The notes under the pieces: model-generated
Database searches by the model: none
The model's input: only the letters and a program-made list of their open reading frames with translations
Told to the model about the DNA's origin: nothing
Made by a program: the position numbers and the translations under genes
Shown: in pieces, positions 14,348-25,100 of the stretch
How positions within the stretch are numbered: the first letter of the stretch is position 1
Layout of the letters: each line of letters begins with the position of its first letter
DNA from: Phoronis australis
Taxonomy: Eukaryota > Animalia > Phoronida
DNA length: 64,000 bases
NCBI GenBank assembly: GCA_002633005.1
Contig: NMRA01000292.1
Location: 143,950 to 207,949 of the forward strand
Direction of reading: 5' to 3'

Positions 14348-15406
14348 CCCTGTTCAAGATGTGCCGCTCCATATTGACTGTAGAGCTAGGTGCAGCTGGC
14401 TCTCCATGTTGCAGTTGCCGAGCAGTGGTTTCTCAGGTTAAACATTGCTGCAATCAATATGTTGTTGGTATGAAGACGCAGTTTGATTTTGTTGTTCAAA
14501 AAGCACAGCCAGCCTTTCATTTTCTCCTAAAACTAATTCTTGTAATCTAGCTGCTCTTGAATTTAGTATAAAATTTGTTCTTCGACTGGTTATGTAGCTT
14601 CTTAGCAATTGTTCGAGAAGGATCTGCATTATCTTATTTGTCAGAATTTCTCCTCCCACTGTGATGGGGAAAAGTGCCATTTTAAAAATCTTGTTGTCTT
14701 ATGTTTAAGTGTTTGTGTTTAACACGATCAAGACCAACTGTTTTGTTTTTATAGTGTCAAGAATATGATCAGTGAATAATGATATGCCCATAGTTCACTA
14801 CAGAATGCATGTGACTTCGTCTTCTTGTAGCACGGTTATGAATCCATATGTCAAGCTTGTGGAAACTAAGTATATTTTGTTGATGTCGGAGAGTATGATT
14901 GGGTGTACTTTGGGCCCTGTTGCACTGATGTTGCTCCCAGAATGTCCATGCCTGTCTTAACATTTTGATGAAACTGTCTGGGAATGGGCAACTTTGGACA
15001 AAAACATGCTTCGAATGCAACATCATTCGCAAGGAATTTTATCCTTGTAGTTGGTTTGCACTCGTTTTTTGTCCCAGTTTTGAGATCATTCTGAGAACTG
15101 CCTTTGTTTGACAGGAGCCTTAGTTTAGGCGACGCACAATGATTTCATGTCAAAATGATCCGTTCAGTAAAAGTCCTGCGTGGAGTTCGAGGCTAGGTCA
15201 CTTTTACATGTTTATCTATTTGAAGAGCCAGATGAGCTATATGTATTGCATACTGACATAATACATGTTGTTGGTGTGATTGTAACCAGACATGGTCACA
15301 CATAATGTCTATTGTTTTGTGAATGTAAATAAGATACTATGGCATCCGTTTATGGTAGAATCGTCTATGAAGACTTGCGCGTTGATGTTCACTCGTAAGC
15401 GAATTA

Positions 15407-15694
15407 CAAGGGTACTATAGAATCATATGCATGAGCATCGCATCTCATGTACAAGGCACCTAGGAACCTATTAATCATGCATGCGAGCCCAAAAATCATG
15501 CTCTTTATCATTTGGTGGTTCATGCGTCAGATTCGGATGCTCGTGCGTATGATTTGTGTATGTGATTCTTATGGTTCGTGCTCAGGATTTTTGTTCATAT
15601 TCGTGACTTTTGGGTTCATGTGCATGATTCTTAAGTTCATAGATGGTTCATGCGTTAGATGCAATGCCGTGCGTATGATTCTATGGTACCCCTG
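15407..15694. mobile_element. ~288-bp MITE with ~40-bp imperfect TIRs and 5-bp TSD (AATTA), downstream of the SBNO stop
   Basis: Left CAAGGGTACTATAGAATCATATGCATGAGCATCGCATCT; right AGATGCAATGCCGTGCGTATGATTCTATGGTACCCCTG; AATTA at 15402-15406 and 15695-15699. Confidence 0.75.
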
Positions 15695-16100
15695 AATTAG
15701 CTAATGTAATGTTAAAGTGGATTGCAATTTTTATAAAATTAGTTGTTAAGATTGTTAAGATTTCAGTTTAAGCTCAGTTATTGTGCCCGATGACGAATGA
15801 AAATGTTTCCTTTGCAGTGCTTGTTGTTTGAGGAGTTAGGAATTTTTTTGTACGGCAAGGGTCTTTTGAAGAAGTGTGGTGGTTGTATTTAAAGAACTCG
15901 CCTGTAGTGTCTGGTTAAGTTAGTCTGTCAGCACATAAGGTCGCATGGTTGCTAAGCACTTCCATCCTGTTAATGAAATGAATCTACTGCAGTGGAAGGG
16001 CCCTCATGTAAAATTTATTCAAAGGTCGAGCAAAATTTAGAACTGGGCCTGGTCCAGGTGATAGACAGTATCGGGGTAGGCTGGTGAATACACTTGACTT

Positions 16101-16180
16101 GCATGAAACATTGGGCACTCACTGCCTGTGTAAACTAATGCATGAAACATTGGGCACTCACTGCCTGTGTAAACTAATGC
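16101..16180. repeat. Tandem duplication (39 bp unit)
   Basis: GCATGAAACATTGGGCACTCACTGCCTGTGTAAACTAAT occurs twice in tandem. Confidence 0.85.
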
Positions 16181-17629
16181 TCTCCTATTTTACGTTTCCA
16201 TGACAGCGACAGCTGTCTTCTTCACGGGTTGTGTACGGAACTTGTACAATCCCGACAGTGTTGGACTAACTGTTGGGTGTTTTTTGGTTTTAGACATCTG
16301 AATAGTCACAGAATTTCTGATTGGAATGAGTCAGTAGATTGCGGTTTGTTATCGTCAATCATCAGTTTTTCTTGAGTGAATTTCTTTGCCATTCCTTTCT
16401 ATGAACTTGAATTTTGCTCGAATTTCACGATTCTGCAACTATGAAGTCTTATCATTTTATTTCCAAGGGGCACCGATTTATTCCATTGTGCTGTGTTAAG
16501 TTAGTGATACAGTGATTGTAACATACTACTGAACAGATGTTAAGTTGTTAGCTATACTGAAGACTTGTTATATTTATTGATTTCATTGTTTTGTATTGAA
16601 AATTAAAAAAGTTAAAACTCATTTTCCTCCAAGTTTTTTGTTGAATTTTCAAGACATGGTTACGTAAAAGTTGATTGTTAACGCACCGGATAAGTTCGAT
16701 TCCTCAGTGATGTTAAACTGATTGAATAGCACATTATTATTGCTATTATTGCTATTATTGCTATCCATTATAAACAGATCAGTACCAGATACGTTGACGG
16801 TTACTAATTTTTCTTTCCGAAGGAATAAAAATCACATAACTGTTGGTTGCCACTTTGCGTTTAGTCACAAAACAACACCAAAAATCAATCTTGCACGCTT
16901 AGGTTTAGGTGAGTGAGAACGACAATGATGTTCTTTTCGCTCCAGGCCTGGGACCACGGTCATTTTAACACAAGTGTTGTAATTGGCAAGCATGTTGATG
17001 TGTCTTCCACCAGTTGCAGCTGGTGCACTAAGCATGGAAGTAACCAAACAATCTTCTAACACACATGACCTCGAGGGAGGTATATTAATAGGGCCTTAAA
17101 GCCTATCTTCAATGATAAATTTGGTTCCGACAGTATTAAGAGCATCGCTCTGAGCCCACCAGTGTCACAAATTGCCAAATGTAACGAACTGTTAGGCGTA
17201 TTGGCTTGCTTTTGTCTACGTCACCGCGAGGATCGCTTTTTAATTCAAACAACTGCAAATAACACCCGCACGCAATGGTGTTCTATTCAGACCCCTATTC
17301 AATGCAACTTTTTATTGTTTGTGCTGGGATCTTGCGGTGACGCAACATGGCACGAAGAGGCAGCTTCACTTAACATTGGATGAGCGTGATTGAAATACAG
17401 TTTTTTATTTTACTAAGGCTTTGATAGGACTATCTTGTTAGCCCAATACATCGAAAATTAATAACAAAATTCCGTTGAAGTTAGGCTTTACCGAACTGCA
17501 CAGCAATACAACTTTCCTTTGTACCAAAGGTAAGAAAGCATTATTTTCGTTGGTCTCCTTGGAATGTCGAGCGCATTTGCACAGGTAATGTTGAAAACTG
17601 GCAAAGTTTATGGCTGTGGAAATATTCAC

Positions 17630-18035
17630 GATTTGAAAAGTTTAAAAGTACCGGAATTGAAAAGGTTTCTTCAAGAAAGGGAATTCTGTTTGGTTCAAAA
17701 TTAACCTGACAAACGTGCTTTATTCATTTGTGCCACATTTTTGTTGTTAATTGATGTCGGAAGGCGAAGAACTTAACATTACACATCCGTGGGTCAAATT
17801 GATCCAACTTTGTACGATAATAATTGGAGCCCTCAGCAGTTTGACACTCGGGTATATGATGGATATAATGCAGCCAAGAAAAATTTGTAAAGAAAACAAC
17901 AAAAACGTACAACTCCAATGGTGTGAAACCGAGGCTACAAAAGTGCTTGGCGGATATTGCGGCATTGTGGGTAAACACAGCGAGATTCAAGTGCTGCTGT
18001 GTAATCTGGAACCATCCTATTGTAGCTTCTCTTAA
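17630..18035 (+). pseudogene. Possible degraded transposon ORF fragment (SAP-like helix followed by degenerate SWIM-like segment)
   Basis: 17630-17683 translates DLKSLKVPELKRFLQERE, resembling a SAP motif start. Downstream VLGGYCGIVGKHSEIQVLLCNLE loosely resembles a SWIM finger. The frame is broken by stops. Confidence 0.3.
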
Positions 18036-18890
18036 AAGGAAAAAATGGTCCAGCTTTCCAATCACAAGCTTGTCCTCCCTGACTGTAAATCTTAACACTT
18101 GTGAATCCATAATTTTAAACAACATAACTCCAACAAGCAAGTGTATTTTTGAATGCTGCAAATATGACCCATTGATAAAGTAACCTTTATCAATTATTCA
18201 TTATGAAAATAGACAGCCTGTGTACTTCACTCCCAAATTAAAGCAATCTACTTTTGCATCACTAATTTCGTACTCACTGACTTCACAACATACAAGGCCA
18301 GCCATTTTATACCAACATGAAGCAAGCACAAAAAGAGTGGCAATAAAAAGCAATAACTAGATCAGGACAAAATTTTCCCCAATTCAAGCAGAGTAAATTA
18401 AGTTAGCAGTGACAAGTCTAAACACTGAACTTCAACTGGTCCGCAGTATTCCAAATTTTATAGTTACTCTACACCACAGTAGTACAAAAACAGGCTCACA
18501 CTGTATATGATGTAAATTAAAAGCCAAATGCTGTCATCTTAGAAAGCCATCATTGTGGTTTGTTTTGGGGTGGAATTTTTGTTTTGACTTAGCACCATGA
18601 GTTACTGTTCCTAGCTACACTACCATGAAAACACCATGGAGCAAACAGAGTTCAATGATTGCTTGAATGGAAAGATTCATTATTGATAACCAAATCTATC
18701 CCAGTTAGAAGTTTGTGACTTTGGCTTGGCCTGATAAGCAAATTACTTCATATGAAATTCTGTGCAGAAATGACATAAAATCCATCATTTGCCAGCACTA
18801 AACAAGCTGCGTGATGCCAACCTGCAAATTGAACAAGGCATCTTGCAACAAATTTCTCAAATCAAGTCGTAATCTCCATGCAAATCGTAT

Positions 18891-19135
18891 GATATGACGA
18901 GTTCATTGTAAAGTCCTGAACACATCATGTCACCCCATCACGAGTTGTAAAGGTTCACTACAACTGTGATCAACTTGTCACCTATCGCACCTTGATATGA
19001 CGAGGTCATTGTAATGTCCTGAACACATAAGGTCACTCCATCACAAGTTATAAAGATTCCGTCCTGTGATAGCTTATCACCTATCCCACCTTCATATGAC
19101 AAGTTCACTGTAAAGTCTTCATCAGGTCACCATGA
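18891..19135. repeat. Degenerate ~100-bp tandem repeat (2-3 copies) in the putative BRIP1 3' UTR
   Basis: ATATGAC(G/A)AG(T/G)TCA(T/C)TGTAA(A/T)GTC recurs at ~18892, ~18995 and ~19094. Confidence 0.7.
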
Positions 19136-19162
19136 AATGAACAGCAAAAGTTCCCCGTGTAA

Positions 19163-22100
19163 TCAACTTGGAATCCACCACACCTGCAAAATACATGCAA
19201 CAACTTCGTAAAGGCTTGAGTTACAAAAGGTACAATAATTATTGTCGGAATTAGGCATCAAAATTACACTTGAGTTACATGTTACGTTCTTACAACGTAC
19301 AGTTTCATGATCATAGAATTACTTTCATTCATTAGTTCTCAAATTTCATAAAGCAGCAGTAAACCACGTTTGGCTGTCAAATCAGTAAACTTTTGATTTA
19401 CTAGATAACTTTCTGCCTTAAAATTGTTCTCAGCTTGTTCCTTACTCAAATGAGGAACGATTTGTGGACAATGGAAGTACTGACAGTTGAACAGTACTCA
19501 ATGAGATCATGCTTCATGTTCAGCACACAAAATGAGAAACTGCGACAAGCCAACATACAGTGCATCAAGTCTGACCTCAAGTAATGACAAGTCAACTTAC
19601 AGTGTATCATGCCTGACCTCAAGTGGTGACAAGTCAACTTACAGAGTATCAAGACTGACCTCAAGTAATGACAAGTCAACATACAGTGCATCAAGACTGA
19701 CCTCAAGTAATGATTAGTCAACTTACATTGCATCAAGTCTGACCTCAAGTAATGACAAGTCAACTTACTGTGTATCAAGACTGAACTCAAGTAATGACAT
19801 GTCAACTTACATTGCATCAAGTCTGACCTCAAGTAATAACAAGTCAACTTACAGTGCATCAAGACTGACCTCAAGTAATGACAAGTCAACTTACATTGCA
19901 TCAAGTCTGACCTCAAGTAATGACAAGTCAACTTACAGTGCATCAAGTCTGACCTCAAGTAATGACAAGTCAACTTACTGTGTATCAAGCCTGATCTCAA
20001 CCAATGACAAGTTGTCAGTTTTCCAAAACCCAGGAATTGTCTGTGATTCGCGTAATGACCAGATTTATACTGTGGTAAGTGTCCAAAATCAAACTAGTTT
20101 TTTTATGGAATGTTTGCAACCACCGGGCTCAATTGTACATCCATGAGGCTACTTTTATGAGACACAATCAAAATGGTTAATTATAAAATTTCAAAAAAAA
20201 GAAAAGCTTTAACGAGTGTCAGACAAAACAAACAAGGGTTAAGGAGAAATAGAACTGATTCATTTTTCTGGCTCTTTACTAAAATCTGTTTTATGATACA
20301 TTTCATGTTCCTAGGCCCAGAATTCTGAAAAAAGGTCAGAGTTAAGTTTGTGTCGAAAACGATAATTTTTTTCTCATCTAGAAATATGACGCATTCTTTG
20401 TAGGACATTATTCAAATAGCAAGGAGAAGGAAACTAAGGAATTGACTATGTTTGAACTATTTCTGTTACAAAATTATCAGGACAAAACTCAAAGTCTAAA
20501 TTTTAAACAGTTCTCCAGGATGTAAATTTTTCTAGTACCTTTTCCCATGAAATGGAAAATAGTTATTTTTGCTACAAAATGTTGTCAAGAAGAATTGAAT
20601 GCAGCGTGTCACAATATGAATTGCAAAAAAAATTCTATGCATGGGAACTAATTTTGCCATTTTCCATGTTTCCATAACAAGAGGAAATAAAGTCGAATAC
20701 GCAGAGGTCATACACTATGAGCTTACTTCTCCATTTTTGTGTGTCTTGCACTTGTTGTCCACGGCAACCACTTGAACAGCCTGGGCTTGTTCATGCCTTG
20801 AACATCCGATACAGCAGGCGAGGTACACCACAGAGCAGTGATCAGTGTGGCTGTACAGGCTGTTCATGCACATGCCTACAATGAACAAAACATAAGCTGA
20901 GTTGAATGATCATGAAAATAATTAATCCAAATCAATGAACAAGTAAATTTTGTCTATGAATAATATTTCGTAATTTGTTAACATACATTTTACCTTATGT
21001 CTTGTTTGTCATAATGAATTAATTACCCTGGGTTCAATTCCTTTGTCAGGACAATGATTTCTTTTCAAAATCATACCTTTCATTTGGAAAAACTTCCATT
21101 AGCAATAGTCTGACTACACACTTGTTGAGACAAACCCAAACGTTAAATATACTTCAAAAAGCAGTTTACAAAGTTTTATATTTGGCTTAATTAACCGTGG
21201 CTAAAGAAAATTTACAGCAGATTATATCAATGCAGAGTTACTGAGTGCATAGCACACAGCAAAGTAATAAGGACAAGTCATTATTTCAGGGTTAGACACA
21301 AAAAAGGACAGCCCAATATGGTGCAAGTGAATAGACGTATGAACAGCAACTGAGTGGCTGGCAATAATAAAATCCCAACTCCAAATAAAACAGTGTACAG
21401 CCTCCGAGTACCTGACTTTGTTTCTGCCTGAAGAGCAGCCATATTGTTGTCAATAACTGACTTGTCAATCACCAGGAATCCTCCTTTTGGTGGTTCCTTA
21501 ACAAATGCATTCTTCATAAAATCCGGAAAGCACTTCATAAATTGCACATCAGACTCTGAAGACATAAAGAAAAAAAAACAACTGAAAAATATGAAGAGAA
21601 ATGTTGTGTTTCAAAGTTTTGGCATCTGAACTACAAACAGTAAACAGAATTTTGATATAAAAGTACATTAAATAAATGATTTGCAGGACCTGCACATTGT
21701 TGCCAGGGCACAACCCTGCATTGGTCTCCTAAAAACACCTCACAGACATAGTGCATAGATGTTCAGGCAACTTGAAATCAAGTACACAAATGAAATAAGC
21801 TGAAACTATAGTAACCACTCAAGGCATCTGTGAGACTTCAAACTGCCTGTGAATAGACAGCCACATGTGGGTACATCACTAGAACCAGGTTTGCATAATG
21901 TTGGTGAGAGTCACAATCGCAGCCTTTTTGCAGTATCAACACACATTGTGTTGCAACCAGTATATATATTTTTGACCGATCAGAATATACATCCTCTACA
22001 AAAAGGCAGTGACTGCGACACTTATAACATTATGCAGGCCTGGCTTTAACTGTTCACTGTCACTACACAATTGATATAGTGATGCTTTTGCCACGACCAC

Positions 22101-25100
22101 CAAGTTTGCCTGCAAGAAAGCACCTTTGCTCTGAATTTAACACAAACTAGTAGGAAAAATGAAATCTAAATTTGACATTGGTGTTACTGTGGGCTGCAGA
22201 TCACTCACTATTGAGTGCAGATTTTCCTTGGTGACCTTATAAAAGATCACAGGTTGCAATGCCACATCCAAGCACAAACTACTACAGGAAGTAAACAGGA
22301 TGGAAGTCGGAATAAGCAAAAATTAGAAGGTCCTGATCATGAAAATCTGCCCCAGGAGGTCCCGATCATGTACATCTGCCCAAGAAGGTCCCGATCATGT
22401 ACCTCTGCCCCAGAAGGTTCCGATCATGTACATCTGCCCCATGAGGTCCCGATCATGTACATCTGCCCCAGGAGGTCCTGATCATGTACATCTGCCCTAA
22501 TTACGGGTATTTCACTATACTATCAATTTTGCACAATCACATGAATCCCAAACTTTATAAAAAGTAACATTTCAACTTTGGCACATCATCTTGGGGTCAA
22601 AGGTCAACTTCTGGATATCATGGTGTCGTACGTCCGTCACAAAAAAGTGTTAAAAAGTTTAGTTACATTTGTTACTCAATACTATTGACCAAAATTTTAG
22701 ACCCCAGGGATTATTTGTTAAGTCAGAAATTGCGTGACAGACGTACAGCAAATGTGTACATCCGTCCGTCACACTCATGAAATTACAATTTTCACCCAAT
22801 GAAAATAACCTTAGGTCATATTTTTGCTTTCTAAATTTACAGACGATGAAATGTATCACACATTTAAGAACCTTAAAACCATAAAATATTACAAAGTATT
22901 ATTCTATAAAATTAAGTGAAGAAGTGGCTACAGATTTAAACTAAATGCATTGGACTTTTTCAATTTACAAAGTATTTGCAGAAAAGTTATAGTTTATAAT
23001 GTCACCTAGTTATTCTTAGTAGAAATCAATTTATTAAAATCAGACAGTTGGACCACATTATCAAATGTATATAAAACAAAATTTAATGAACTTGTTGTTT
23101 TTCTGTTAGTACCTCTTGTTTGTAAAGAAATGCTTTTGGAAAATTCAAAAATATTCATACAAAAAAATTCCTAAGGCGCCCTAGACTATAAATAACAAGA
23201 CACCTAAAGGAATGCATGGAATTAACATGTAATTTCTGCTCTGACCTGCTATGCTGTGTTTTGTGCTGAAAAAGCCGATACTGGGTATTTTTAAGGGGTA
23301 AGAAGCTGTCACCTACTTTATTGAGCATTTTTGTCACACCCACACTGACATTAGTCACTCTTTTTGTGTTTTTCAGTGAATTGGGTCATCGAGTGACTTG
23401 ACTGTATAAAATGATTCCATAGTAAATGATTACATCGTCTCATCTTACAAACTTTTGATGCCGCAATCTTTTTAAGAGAAAGTTAGACTAATTTTTTTCT
23501 GCTGTGCTTTGAGGAAATTAAACAGGCATTTCAAAACAATAAAGGAAATTGTTGACGACCAAGGGAAGAACAGATGCAACTGGGAGAAGAATTAATATCT
23601 GCCAGAATACTCTTTGAAACTCGAAAAAAATGCCATCGTGGATCAAGAAATTCATAATTGTACTTGCGTGTTCTGTGATGTGGCATTATTTAAAGCCTCT
23701 ATTTAAATTTGAAAAGAAGGCATGAGTTAAAAAGCTGGATGAAAACTTAATCGTACTAATCACTAAGTAGAAACCAGCATCTGATAAGTTAGCTCTACAT
23801 ATTCCTAAATCATAATCCTAAATGCAATATTAACTTAAAATGTCTTGTTTTCACACTGGAAGACAGCACGGGTGATTTGAATCAAAATATGAATGCCAAA
23901 AGTCGATGCTGTCTACTAAACCATGCTTCACACTTTGTATTAAGAAGATACTGAAGTCCTGTTACTAATACTTTAACATCAGCATTATTACTTACATGGG
24001 CATGCATCAGAACCATCAATGGCATGGCTCAGAGAATAATTTTGTACAAGCTAATAAGGAGAGTTCTAATTTAAATTAAAAAACAATTAATTAAAATGCC
24101 TTTTTACGACAGTGATTAATAAGTTTTAAACTTTATTTCACATTTTATATTTTGACAGCCACATTTACTTAATATTAGTTTTGAAATGGTATCCTATTTA
24201 ACGCATCAACAGGTTTTCCTGATAACTAACAGCTGTCAAACAAAAAATGATAATCACTCTCATTCCAGTGTATATTGCTTACCATGTTCAAAGGAAAGTG
24301 AAAATTTTGAGGTCGTTTTATATCTTTGATCAAATGTATTGAAAAGTTAAAATCGAAGAGTATATTCCTAGCATAGGCCTAGCTGTGATGATTTCGTCCA
24401 AAAGGTCATTCGGTACATTTCAATTAAAAAACATTGAATTAGTAGCAAAAGACCGTATATAGCTTAAATACTGCAAAAGTTTGAATCATTCTGAATTGAT
24501 ATCTTAGGCACAACAAACAATTTAATTCTAGAAATTCAGAGTCTACGTCTGTCACATACGTCCGTCACACTAACTCAACTTCTATCAAGCTGTCTGACAA
24601 AAATTTGTTAGAAGATATCAAAAAAATTAGTGTGTTGTACTTTCCAAACATTCCAGTAAATCAGCATATAAAACAAAAAAATTGTAACTGAATACAACTC
24701 ACAGAAAATGAATGTTAAAAATTTTTTTAAAAAATCAAATTCTCTGCGTACGTCCATCAAACCCCTTTTTCTGTCAGATTAAAAGATAGGGCAAAAGTTG
24801 ATATACGCTTTGAAAGCCATCACGAAACCTATCCATTGATGTATTAATTATTTTCCTGGGATGAATATTTTTTTCACTGTTAAAACGTTCTCTGATTGTA
24901 CGTCCGTCACAAATGGAATTGCCCCTAATATACCTACCTCGTGCTATCTCTCCAAGGACAGACTGACAATTCTTGCATTTTAGTTGCCTAGGAAACTTAA
25001 ACGAGAAAATTAAAGTTGTTGTTATTAATAATTCTGAATTACATTTGTTAAGGAGGGCAGAAACAAAATGCAAAAGAAAGCTTGTTTAAAGTGGTTTGCA

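Noticed and set aside
19130-19165. TGA read-through or selenocysteine at the BRIP1 terminal VWWIPS* codon
   Set aside because: A second TGA follows 11 codons later and I saw no recognisable SECIS element; no support.
19544-20011. CRISPR-like look of the regular repeat arrays here and at 22328-22498
   Set aside because: The units are contiguous with no unique spacers, there are no cas genes, and the DNA is eukaryotic; these are ordinary minisatellites.
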